Assembly: GCA_010909165.1 (NCBI GenBank)
Contig: MU008170.1
Coordinates: 1,426,001 to 1,490,000, forward strand
Source of the DNA: Anthoceros angustus
Taxonomy: Eukaryota; Plantae; Anthocerotophyta
Length of the DNA: 64,000 bases
Direction: 5' to 3'
Under the pieces are notes generated by a model, which saw nothing but the letters and a program-made list of their open reading frames with translations, ran no database searches and was not told where the DNA came from. Position numbers and translations under genes: made by a program. Below, piece by piece: positions 38,900 through 50,482 of the stretch; position 1 is the stretch's first letter, and each line of letters begins with the position of its first letter.

Positions 38900-41800
38900 G
38901 CCCGTCTGGAGGATGATGAGGAACACAAGATCGCGGCCATGAGCGAGGCGGCGCCCAGTGGGTTGGTGTGTTCGGCCGGCGGTTGCGCTTGAAGAGTGGA
39001 AGCCGGACAACAGTAGTAGGTAGCTCCACACATGTAGATGACCGCGAAATCACGGTGATGGATGCGCAGTCCGCCGGCAAGCACGGCGAGGGCGGGGGAA
39101 GGGCAGGAGGAATGGGAGATGCAAAGCTCGCAGTACATTCTCGCGTGGCCTATGGTTCCCATCAACTATTGGGAGTGTCCGAGTTCTTGCATTTGTGGAG
39201 GACCATCAAAGCCGTGTCTCGCATGGAGGGCTATCCAGAAACTTGCCGCCTCACGACCTGACCGCGAGGGACGGACCGGATGGAGTGGCGGTGGACAAAT
39301 TATCGCGAGAGTGCTACCGACCGGTGGAGTGCCACATTTTCATGCACCAAGTGTTCGACTTGGCCGTCAATGGAAGAGGTACCGGAAAGGAGCGAATGAC
39401 GACCTTAGGATTTGGTTTTCCTGTGCACGACTGCACCGACCTGTGGAGAGGTGGCCTATGAGGTATTGGAATTGATTTCGCGGTATGGAGAAATGGAATG
39501 GAATGAGAATGGAGCGTTGTTCGAGGATATCAACCGCAGACGGAGAACCATGTTATGGCGTACTGGCGGTGGATGCGAGCGCGGGCGGAAGTAACCGCGC
39601 CGTGAAGGCAAAAAATGTGGGGTTGAAGGGTGATGGGCGTGAGGAATTGCGGGGCCATGGTGCGTGGAACGCGCGATGGGCGGGGTTGCGAGGCGCGGCT
39701 GCGATTGCAGCTGGACGCGGGTGCAAGGGGCGGATCGCTGTAAGTGCGCGCGCAGCCTGCACGCGAAATGAGTGTGCGCCGGCATCGCGTGCACGGCGGA
39801 TCGCAAGGAGTGCGCGGCGCGCGCGACGGCATCAATGTTTGCTGAAAATGCACGTGTGGAAATGGCAGGTGCTCGCATCGCATCGCATGACCGACTGGCG
39901 GTGCGGCGACTACATGTTGGCATATGCCCGCAGCTGCCGGCGATGATGCGATGCGATGGGAGGAGGCGAAGGCGGCGCTGCTGGGGATCTCGACGATCCG
40001 AGGCCGCAAGTGGACCTATGATTCCGCACATTCAATGCCCGCCATGATGGTGCTCAAACGGGAGGCGGTGGAGGAGGAGGTGCGGCACGCGCGCCAGAAG
40101 GGAGCCCGCGAGAAAGAGGGGAGGGGAGGGGAGGGGTGGGAGGCCATGGACATCCCGTGCGCCGTCCGGAAGGTGGAGTCAGGGCCGCGGTGGCGATCAA
40201 CCGATCGGGCGCACCCACCTTGGGAGGGGCGCTGACGCCGATCGTGGAGGTGCACCAAGTGGAGAGAGGTCACAGCGCTGGCGTCGATCCGCTGGTACCC
40301 ATGAATTCTCAAACCTCTTGATTGCAGGTGGATTGCACAGCGGCTCCATTGCCCGACCATGCTTGGTACGGCTCAAGGAGGCGACACCCGCCCACAACGA
40401 GACATGTGCAAGGGCGCTATGTGGCCTCCAAAGGTGCATTGCGCGTCGGCCCGTGGGAGCCTCACTCTTGTGTGTGCAGGGTATGATCCATTCGAGTTTG
40501 CGGCTACGACCGTGAGAGCGTGGCGGACGCCGCCACCGAGCACGATCATGCGAGGCGGCGAGGATGGTGGCCCGCCGGGCCGCAGGATGCCGCAGCGAAG
40601 CGGAGGAAGGGCGCGGCGACGGCGATGCCGCGCCGAATTGGAGCCGTGAGGGGCTTGCTGGCGCCGTGACTGCCCCGGCGAACGCCGTCCCGCCGGCGCG
40701 GCGAAGAGGATCCGCATGCGGACGGGCGGTGGCGCGGAGGCCGTGGAAGCGACGCTGGCTCCGACGGTGGAGCCGGTGGGAGAGTCCCGCAAGAATCCAC
40801 TCCCGACCGCGTGAGCGCATGGCACCGGGAGGGGAGAAATGTGGCGGTCCGGGAAATGGGTACTCATGGTATTGGAGGTTCAGATTGTCCGCAATGCACA
40901 AAGATTTCTTTCGCTGTGGAGAGATGATTGTGGCCCACAGCCACCGAGTTGGAGGTGGAGTCAAGGTTGGGCGCCGCCATGCAACGCATGGGCACAATGC
41001 CGGAACGCGCCTAAAGAATCGGCATGGCACGTTGGTGCCGTTGTGGATGCACAAGACCGTGATTGCACCGCGGCTCGACCATCGAGATAGGAGCGCCGGT
41101 GACCATGCTCGTGAGAAGTCAATGGAGGCTTCGTGGGAGGAGAAGAGAAGGACGCCTTTTTCGCAATCACCGCTGCTCAAAGTGGAGGAAAGCAGTTGGA
41201 TGGCACCCTATGGTCGCAGTGGAGGGAATGATAGCGATGGATGTCCCGCAATCGGAGAAGTGGAGTTGGAAGCTAGTGGTGAGGCGGTTGGAATGGGACC
41301 GGTGCATCGGACCGCCACAAAGTGGCATGGAACATGAGGCTCGCTTTCTGTGGGACATTGAGCATCCTCCTGTGGAGTTGGATCAACACAATTTTTGTGG
41401 GCGCTCATTGCTGTACAACAACAGACGAGCATTTCATATGTTACATGGACTTCAATCGAACGAAGAGGAGTATTCCAAACATGGAAGCATGTGACCGATC
41501 ATCGTGGCATGCCACACAATGGGGGTCGACGGATACGCCCGATAGCCGGAAGATCCCATGCCTTTTGTTCGCACCGAGGACCGCTGGAACCGCGCATTGA
41601 GGTAAGGCGCGTTGTCGCTTTGCGGGTTTGCAAGCGCAATCAAGAGTGAAGATAGAGAGGCCATCGACATCGGCGGGGTAGAAATGGGCATGGACGGAAG
41701 TGTTGCACGCCGTGAAGCGCCCATTCTAGATTGTTCAAACGGACAGTGGTGCGTATACTGTTTGAAGTCGGAGTGCGCACTTGTGGTGCACTTCAAACAA

Positions 41801-43900
41801 TGAATGAAACGGAAACCAAAAGTAAACCGTGATAGCTACGGGCGCCACCAGAACTTGCTGCAGGCCTACCTGCAGATGCAGCGCTGTGAAACCCGCCCGC
41901 AAGCGCTAATCGCGGACCGCCCCGTGGAACAAAAATCGGAGTGGCTATACGCTAACATGATCGAGCTCCCCGCCTCAGAAAACCCTTGGCGGACATGCCA
42001 TTACTCGGAAAGTGTTAGGAGGATCGAAATCGGCCTACTGCTCACCGAGAGGTGCATTTGGGGTTTGAACTGGAGGAAGGCGCATGGGCAAGGAAAAAGC
42101 GCCTATCAGGAAGTAGGCGGCGAGGTCCGAGGGTGTTGAGGCCACCAAGTTCCACCTTGGCCATCACGTGGGGCAAAAACGCAGTGAAGGGTGCCCATGG
42201 ACGCGGGGCCTTCCGCAAAGGAGGAAGATGGTGGCGCGCCAAAGACCGCCAAGAGGTCATAAGCCCATCATCACGCGACGGTGAAAACTTGTGCAATTTC
42301 GCGAGGAGCCGGGGGATGAGAAGGTGGAGATGGAGGGATGCATAGGAGACGGGCGGCGCGCCTTACACCGCAAACGTATGATTTGGCGCAAAGACTTGCG
42401 GTGGAGACCATTGAAAGGCCTACCGACGGAGCTAGCTGCAGCCTTGAGCACGGTGACGAGGCTCCCGTGATCGGCACACGGCATGGCGCTGGGTGTATGG
42501 GAGGTTGTCCGTGGAGGAGGTGTGCACGCCGATTGCCACGCACACACCCATCACCCCAAGACGGGAACGCTGAATACGATTCGCGGTGCAGCCGCAATCG
42601 GATGGAATCGAAATCCCAAGGAGGCAGTCACGGAGGCGCGCGCTTGATGCGAGCACATGGCACGATTTGGCCGACAAGGCGCATCCGCTGGCCCAAGACA
42701 CCAATGCGACACCCATGTACATGTGGCATATGGATTGTAAGTGCGTGATGGAGGGGCTCGCGATGTTCGCAGTTCGCGGTGGAAGAAGTGATTGCGTGAG
42801 TTGGATCGCAATGCCTGTGGCCTCGCGGCGCAGCTTATGACAAGATGTACCAATTCTACTTGAGTGCATGGGGCCATAGATGGGGCAACCCATTACGCCC
42901 CGTTGGTACCGGAGGATAACAAGCGGAACGACGATTTTCAACGCCTATGTGGAAGCAAAGTGAGGAAGTTTGGGCATCCGCAGGATCTTGGCGGACAAAG
43001 CAGAGCACAACCTAATAGAGGCGATATGAACCGAGCGAGGCCAAGGGCACATGGAAGCAACTTCATCCGCGCCCCTCCGCACAACTGTAAAAGTTAGGAG
43101 GTTGGTCTGCTTTGTCCGCATGACACGGTGAAGTGTTGAATGCGGATTGTTGGCAGGATTGAGCATTTCGGTCCTTGGGAGAGAAGTGGGCATTCCTCTA
43201 CAAGGGTACATGATGGATATGGTGAGGAGCAGAATCGACATCACCAACCCCTCGGCACATCCATTCCCGCACGCGTGACCTTCATGCCCAATGGCGAGGG
43301 CGAGCTCGAGCGCTGGAGGTGTATGGAATAGGCACCGGTGCGGAAGATGGCAGCCGATGAGACATTCCCGCCATGTGCTCGCAATCGCATTCAAGAAGAA
43401 GGTCGACTACAAGGGTGGGTGCGACCACCCGCATATGGGGTGAGGAGGACGATGGAGGAGTTCGATGTGGGTGGCCTCAAGATGCACAAAACGTGGCCCC
43501 TCGAGATGCCACCACCAGCATAGAATTGCCGAGCGGGTGAGCAATCGCAGTCGCCTGTCATTTATTTTGTCTCAGGTTAAAGATTGTGGAGGCGGGAGGG
43601 CGATCACGCCATTATGCGTGCACGGAATCGAATCGTATGGGCCATGGGTTGTGCAGAACCGCAGATGGCGAGGACAATGCATATGCAAAGGGATTGCGGT
43701 GACATGGACTTCCTCCGGACATGTATCGCGACATGGCACTAACAACACTGCAGGGAGTGCAGAGGGACGATTGCAATACCTCCACCGGATTCGAGGTCAC
43801 CCCGGGCGTGGACGGCCATCACCCGCCGCGGTCTATGGTGCACGAGGTGTGAGGGGCGTGGCCCAGAGCCCTTCCGGAGTGAGCTAGGTGTGGGCCGGAG
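38900..43900 (+). pseudogene. Degenerate GC-rich coding region with Ulp1-like protease and Cys-cluster (SWIM/KDZ-like) motifs
   Basis: TDWRCGDYMLAYAR (39890-39931) resembles the C48 catalytic-Cys motif. DCPQC, WCRCGC, WCVYCLKSECALVVH (~41746-41791), DCKCV (~42733) and LCPH..GEVLNAD (~43110-43147) resemble CxC/KDZ N-terminal motifs. Heavily frameshifted; no His motif or KDZ catalytic core found. Confidence 0.35.
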
Positions 43901-44435
43901 AAAATTGATTTGTGCGCTCACCATGACCGAGCGGTGATGCGCCACCATGACACAGGGCGGTGACAATTTGGATTTGTTTGTCGCGTTTTGAGAGTTGAGC
44001 CCGTGGTGGCTTTGTTGTGGTGGAATGTAAAGGCGGTTGTGAAGATGGTGTGCGCCACCGCGAGGCCCGTATGGCTGGCCTCAGCGCACGACGCTGGATG
44101 GTCGGAGATAGCCAGCGCCGAGGCGCATATGGCGCCGACGCTTATCAGTACAGCCGTATGCCCGCGCGGCAGCATACAGCCCTTGTGCCTCCTCCACGCT
44201 ATCTCCCATAAAGCCCTGGTGACGGCCGTGATGGCAAACTGACGGGCAGATGGGGTCATGCGAATGGATGTCCGATGGCCCATGCCCTCACAGCGAAAAC
44301 ATTGTGTGTCACAACCACAAAAGATTCCTGACAGACACCACATGCTTAGTGACGAGATCGGGACACGAGGGCAGGCCGACGACCGATGTCGTCAAGTGTG
44401 AAGTTTTCCCGCCGTATGCGGCCGAAAAACTTCTT

Positions 44436-46509
44436 TGGTCACAATGGAAAAAAACCCTAAAGGGCTTCCTGACGAGATCGGTATTCCATAGAGGAGTAAT
44501 GTGGGTCCAATAAAATCTTATACACCTACATGTCATCGTCTTCCATAGACCTAGGTGGATGCACAGGCATTGTTTTGATTCCATTCAAGCTGCCGGATCG
44601 GGCTCATCGGAGGCAGCCCCGTATGGTGCGGCCGTACAAGTTTGTGGGCGTCTTGCGATAGTCTGGTGTTACATTCACTCATCCTCGACAGCGGCCCCTC
44701 GATCGATGGCCACAGTATGGCAACCGGACCCGTTAGGACCCAACAAATTGGTGTGTACAGGATTCTACGGAGCTCCTGCTCACCTCATCTTAGGGAGTCA
44801 ACCCTGGCAAACAAAGCCTCCAGGTGCAGCAGTGTAAGGAGCCCAGCACTTCCACTTCCTAGAAAATGTGGTGGGACGGTTTTCCAGCGATGGTCGTTGC
44901 CAGGAGCAGGAGCACTTGTGGCAACAATTTTTCTGGACCCTACCATGTGGTGGGACAACAGACGAGATAAGAAGAGCTCCCGTTCGCCTGACTTCCGGCG
45001 TAAGGGGTCCGGCGAGGTGTGGTTAAACAACATGTTTAAGCCAGCTTGGGTTGATGAGCAGCTCGTTTCCTTGGATATGCAGATGGGGTCATGGTTCCTT
45101 CCAGTCCAGCTCTCGGATAAGCCTGGCAGGCGTGCAGGATCGGAATGGGTACTGCCGTGAGCACGTTATGTCAGCAGGGAAGCTTTCTGAGGCCGTTGGA
45201 GCCCTGGAATCTCTGGCGCAGACAGACTCTGCTTCTCAGTCTCTGTTTACACTGTGCTGAAAACTGTGTACAGCTAAGAAGGATTTGGTTGTGGGGCGAC
45301 GAGTTCATGATCTCACTGTCAAACTTGGGTACGAGTCGAATGCATACTTGGGGAACCATATCTTGCGCATGTATGCATGTGGAGGTAGGCTAGAGGAGGC
45401 CATGGATGTGTTCACCAGGGTGGCAAACCAGATGTTCATGTGGTTTCCATCATCTCTGGTCACAATGGAAAACCCTAAAGGGCTTCCTGACGAGATCGGT
45501 ATTCCATAGAGGAGTAATGTGGGTCCAATAAAATCTTATACACCTACATGTCATCGTCTTCCATAGACCTAGGTGGATGCACAGGCATTGTTTTGATTCC
45601 ATTCAAGCTGCCGGATCGGGCTCATCGGAGGCAGCCCCGTATGGTGCGGCCGTACAAGTTTGTGGGCGTCTTGCGATAGTCTGGTGTTACATTCACTCAT
45701 CCTCGGACAGCGGCCCCTCGATCGATGGCCACAGTATGGCAACCGGACCCTGGGTTTAGGACCCAACAAATTGGTGTTTGTACAGGGATTCTACCTGGAG
45801 TTCCCGCTCACCTCATTGTAGGGAGTCAACCTCTGGCAAACAAATCCTCCAGGTGCTGCAGTGGAAGGAGCTCAGCACTTCCAGTTCCTAGAAAAGGTGT
45901 GGGTGTGGACGGGATTTCCAGCGATGGTCGTTGCCAGGAGCAGGAGCACTTGTGGCAACAATTTTTTCTGGAGCCTACCCTGTGGTGGGACAACAGACGA
46001 GATAAGAAGACCCCCCGTTCGCCTGACTTCCGGCGTAAGGGGTCCGGCGAGGTGCTGTGGTTAAACAGCATGTTTAAGCCAGCTTGGGTTGATGAGGAGC
46101 TCGTTTCCTTGGATATGCAGATGGGTCTTGGTTCCCCTCCCTCCGGATCCAGCTCTCTGGATAAGCCTGGCAGGCGTGCAGAATCGGAGATGGGCTTCAT
46201 AGCCGTGAGCACGTTATGTGAGCAGGGGAAGCTCTCTGAGGCTGTTGGAGCTCTGGAATCTTTGGGGCAAACAGACTCTGCTGTTCCTCAGACTCTGTTT
46301 TGCACTGTTCTGAAATTGTGTACAGCTAAGAAGGATTTGGTTCTGGGGCGACGAGTTCATGAACTCATTGTCAAACTTGGGTACGAGTCGAATGCATATT
46401 TGGGAAATCATATCCTGCGCATGTATGCAGGTGGAGGTAGGCTAGAGGAGGCCATGGATGTGTTCACCAGGGTAGGCAAACCAGATGTTCATGTGGTTTC
46501 CATAATCTC
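44436..46509. repeat. ~1.03-kb tandem duplication covering the element-B right end and the PPR 5' region
   Basis: Copy 1 (44436-45456) is a deletion-rich version of copy 2 (45457-46509); both contain GGTATTCCATAGAGGAGTAATG. Confidence 0.9.
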
Positions 46510-48366
46510 TGCACATGCTAAACATGGGAAGCCTAAAGAGGCCGTACAACTGTACCATGAGATGTGTAGGTCAGGAGTGAAGGCGAATGGTCATGTCTTT
46601 GTAGCTGCCCTTCAAGCTTGTACATTTGCTGCCGACTTGGAATCTGGCAGGAAAGTGCACTTTGATGTGTTGCACAGTGGCATTCCTAATAACTTGTTTG
46701 TTGACAACTGCCTGGTGGACATGTATGCAAAATGTGGCGCACTGAAAGATGCACGCCAGGTCTTTGACAGCATGGCTACAAAGGATGTGGTGACATGGAA
46801 TGCCCTGATATCTGGTTATGTAAAATGTGGTGAACTGAAACATGCACGCCACGTTTTTGACAGCATGAAGGTGAAGAATGTGGTGACATGGACGGCTCTG
46901 ATTGCTGGGTATGCACAGCAAGGTCTGGGCCATGAGGCGCTTGTTGTGTATGAACAAATGGAGGAGGGCCTCATTTTGGCTAACCACTGCTTTCTGAAGG
47001 CCTGCAAGCACTGGTGCCTTACAGAAGGGCAGGCAGCTGCACTCACAGATTGTTGAAAGAGGACTGCTGGATAACGGTGGGCAACTGCCTGGTGGACATG
47101 TATGCAAAATGTGGTGAACTGGAAGATGCACGCCAGGTTTTGACAGCATGGCCACAAAGGATGTGGTGACATGGAATGCCCTGATTGCTGGGTATGCACA
47201 GCAAGGACTCGGCCAAGAGGCGCTTGTTGTGTATGGACAAATGGAGGAGGGCCTCATTTTGGCTGACCATGTTACTTTTGCCTTCTGAAGGCCTGTGCAA
47301 GCACTGGTGCCTTACAGAAGGGCAGGCAGCTGCACTCACAGATTGTGGAAGAGGACTGCTGGATAACGTAGTGTTGGGCACCTGCCTGGTGGACATGTAT
47401 GCAAAATGTGGTGAACTGGAAGATGCACGCCAGGTTTTGACAGCATGAACACAAAGGATGTGGTGACATGGACCGCCCTGATATCTGGGTATGGATGAAG
47501 GTCACAAGGCACTAGCTTGTTTTGAGGAGATGTTAGTTGCCGGCATTCAGCCTGATGGTGCTACTTTTACTTGCATTCTAGTGGCATGCAGTCATCAGGG
47601 CCTGGTCCATGAGGGTCGCAAGCACTTTGATTCCATGGCCGAACAGCATGGCATCAAACCTTCACTTGAGCACTACAATTGCATGATTGATCTTCTTGGG
47701 CGTGCAGGCCAATTAGATGAGGCAGAGAAGATGCTATTATCATGCGAGGACCAAAGTAATGTTGTGGGATTGACGTCTTTGTTGAATGCCTGCAAAAGTC
47801 ATGGGAATATAGAGAAGGCGATGTGGTGTTTTGAAAGCATTGTTAGGCTGGACCCCCAGTGGGCGCCAGCCTATGTGCTCATGGCCAATGCCTATGCAGA
47901 TGCAGGTAGGTGGACCGATGTAGAGAGGGTTGAAACACAGAGAAGGGTAGCAGGAGCTAACAAGAAACCTGCAGTGGCGACCATTGAGGTGAATCAGGAG
48001 GTACATAAATTTATGGTGGGGGAAAGGAGAGAGGATATTGCGCTTAAGGTAGAGAGCACGAATGCACGTGTGAAACAGGAAGGAGGCCACGTACCTCACA
48101 CAAAGCTGGTGTTGAAGCCACTGCCTGAGGAGGAAAAGGAAGATGCGCTTTGTGGGCATGCTGAGAAGCTAGCTCTGGCGTTCGGTCTCTTGAACACTCC
48201 GAGTGGGACACCTCTGGTGGTAACGAAGAATCTACGCATGTGCAGTGACTGCCACAGTTCCACGGAGATCATGTCAAGGCTTGAAGAGAGAGACATTGTT
48301 GTAAGGGATGGGTACCGTGTGCATCGATTCGCAGCTGGGTCTTGCAGTTGTAAGGGTCGACCGTGA
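45577..48366 (+). CDS. PLS-class PPR protein with N-terminal OSB-type PDF motif and GRP-type DYW:KP deaminase domain; frameshifted as assembled
   Basis: PDF motif LWQQFFLEPTLWWDNRRDKKTPRSPDFRRKGSGEVLWL...PAWV (45947-46102); PPR motifs LVDMYAKCG...ARQVFD...DVVTWNALI; E domain; KKPAVATIEV; HAEKLALAFGL; KNLRMCSDCH; C-terminus CSCKGRP. Frameshifts at ~45730 and in near-identical repeats 46970-47500. Confidence 0.92.
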
Positions 48367-49429
48367 GAACTAGCCAGTGTGCACTCAGCAACAAATTCTC
48401 CTGCTGCCCTCTCAACCTTGAGACTGCTGTCGTTCCGTCTTCCCATGGATCAGAGACTAATTGGGTGGTGGATTGTTCCCCCTATTTCAGCTGGCACAAG
48501 ATTGACGAGTGCCTGGCAGGGAAACTTGCTTCAAAGATCCAGTGTTTTGGTGCACCAAACCAACGTAACTCTGTCTCCACTTGAGGATGGCGAATATCTA
48601 CCCCCTTGCGGCAGCTGGAGTCGCTAGTCGTTTGTTTTGCAAGCAGGAAGCTCACAGTTCAGTGGCTGTCACCCCCGTGAAGCGTGTTTGTACTGCTGCG
48701 AACAAGTGATGAGAGTGATCGTAGAATTGTGCAGACTTGCAAGCTAATTAGTTTAACGTGGAGGCATTCAGTTGGAGGCATTCAGTTGGAGGAAGGTAAT
48801 CCAGGATGCTGGACAGCACATGGTGCTACAGCTATGGATGTAAGATTGAACAAGCTCTGCTGAGGATCCTCCTGATGGAGAGAGGTGAGGGCCACATTAG
48901 TGAAGTCCTTTCGGCGACCCTCGACACTTCAGGAGATAAGGAATATGTACACCAATACTCAGTCGAGAGCCATGAGCAGGAAGACACTAACTCGAGCAAG
49001 CACCAAGTGGAGTCCTTTTTGGCTTTGGAAGTAGGAAAACATGTAGCAGATTTAATGGAAACACTTTTGTAACACAGGATCTCAGAGCCTCCGTCCTCCT
49101 ACAATCCACTTCAGACAGCTCTTGTGACTTCATGATTTGATTGGCATGAAAATTATATGCACAAACTATTATGCATATAATTTACCGTCAATCAAGGATC
49201 CTGAAGTCATTCAATCCCACGCCAATCAGCCTAGGCTTACAGCAAGATGACACTTATTTTTCAGTGGAAGGTAGCATAAGTACATTCATGGTTTTGATGT
49301 TGAGAAGTGTAACGCAAGCAGTGTAGGTATTTCGATGCGGAAGTGGTTATCAATCTGATCTGCCAAGTGCACAGATTGCTTGTTCAGAACGGAAATCTGG
49401 TCCAAATCTAGCCGCATGATGGTTGCAGT

Positions 49430-50090
49430 TCTACACGGACCTTGTGATGCTCATAATCCGGAACCCATTTCTTGCAACCAAATCTCGTATTCGCCGTCAA
49501 TCGCCGGGATTGTTCAGCGTCGCTCGAGGTGGTTCCTGCTTCGCAATCTCCATCCATATCCCAGCTGGCAGAATTCCAGAAGTCCAAGAGGTAACAAAAT
49601 TCCTGGGAGGCTACAGTTGAGTCCTTGCCACCTGCGAGGTTCGTCCTCAGCCTGCTCCTCAGCAGGAAGGGCAAAGGGAGACAGTACAACGGACTCTACC
49701 GTACTAATCTCACCTGTGCACTGTTCCAGCATAGGTAGATTCCAACATATCCATGGGCTTTTGTAGTAGATCCACTCTTCGGTCGAGGTTGTCCTGTCTG
49801 TGGTTGTGGGGGAGGGTTGTGATCTCGACGAGACAGGAGTTGGCAACTTGGGATTCGTCTGCAAGGATGTTTAGGGTCGAGGGTACCAGAGAACCAAATC
49901 AAGGAATCGAATGAGCATCAGCGCTAGCTGACAAAGATCGATGTCACCACCTGCAGCCCTAGGCCCCCAATGCCCATCACAATTAGTCACATGCCCAAAC
50001 CTCACATAGCTCAGCCCTTGAACAAACAAAGCTTCAAACCTCTCAACCTCAGCTTTGTAAGGGCGCAAGAGGGCAACTTGCAAGAGGGGA
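49430..50090 (-). other. Possible exons of an unidentified spliced gene
   Basis: TGCAG|ACGAAT...GCACAG|GTGAG and CGCAG|GTGGCAAG...CACAAG|GTCCG join in frame (TNPKLP...EQCTGGKDSTV...DYEHHK). No domain recognised. Confidence 0.25.
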
Positions 50091-50482
50091 GTTAGATCTG
50101 TAAATCCACCCGGACACAGAACAGTGGCACAGCACAGAAAGACAAAAAGGAGAGACACTACTTTATCTTCACCGACAAGAAACTACCATTGTACTACTGG
50201 GAGCACTGCAACTGCCCACATCATGCATGCATGCGCACACCAGCTTAAGATAGCCTCGTCAACCCCGGAATATCTCGCACCCAACCACAGATTCTGTGCG
50301 GCCTAGTCTACAGCAAGCGGGGACGTCCAGACGGAGAGCAAGCTTTGACATCTAGTGCTGCAAGGATGCTACTAATCGCTCGCTTCGAGATCCTGGGAAA
50401 CGCCCACAACGATCCATAAGGCCGTCCTCCACACCCCCGGACTCTCCACCAAGCACCCAGTCCGAGGTCCAACACGTCCACA

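Larger units (their letters stand above)
27358..44490. mobile_element. Element B: 17.1-kb IS3EU-like DNA transposon carrying cargo genes
   Basis: Perfect 15-bp TIR TATGGAATACCGATC / GATCGGTATTCCATA; 6-bp TSD GAGGAG at 27352-27357 and 44491-44496; internal integrase-core motifs. TAY..RTA ends with 6-bp TSD are, as I recall the Repbase classification, the IS3EU signature. Confidence 0.85.

Noticed and set aside
20750-44490. One element with a 3-bp GAG TSD (CACTA-like) or TA TSD (Tc1-like)
   Set aside because: Internal termini at 27320 and 27358 and the exact 6-bp GAGGAG around 27358-44490 fit two elements better; the ends are not CACTA.
44559-45456. A second independent PDF-PPR gene
   Set aside because: Truncated, deletion-rich tandem copy of 45457-46509 that also duplicates the transposon end; likely artefact or local duplication.
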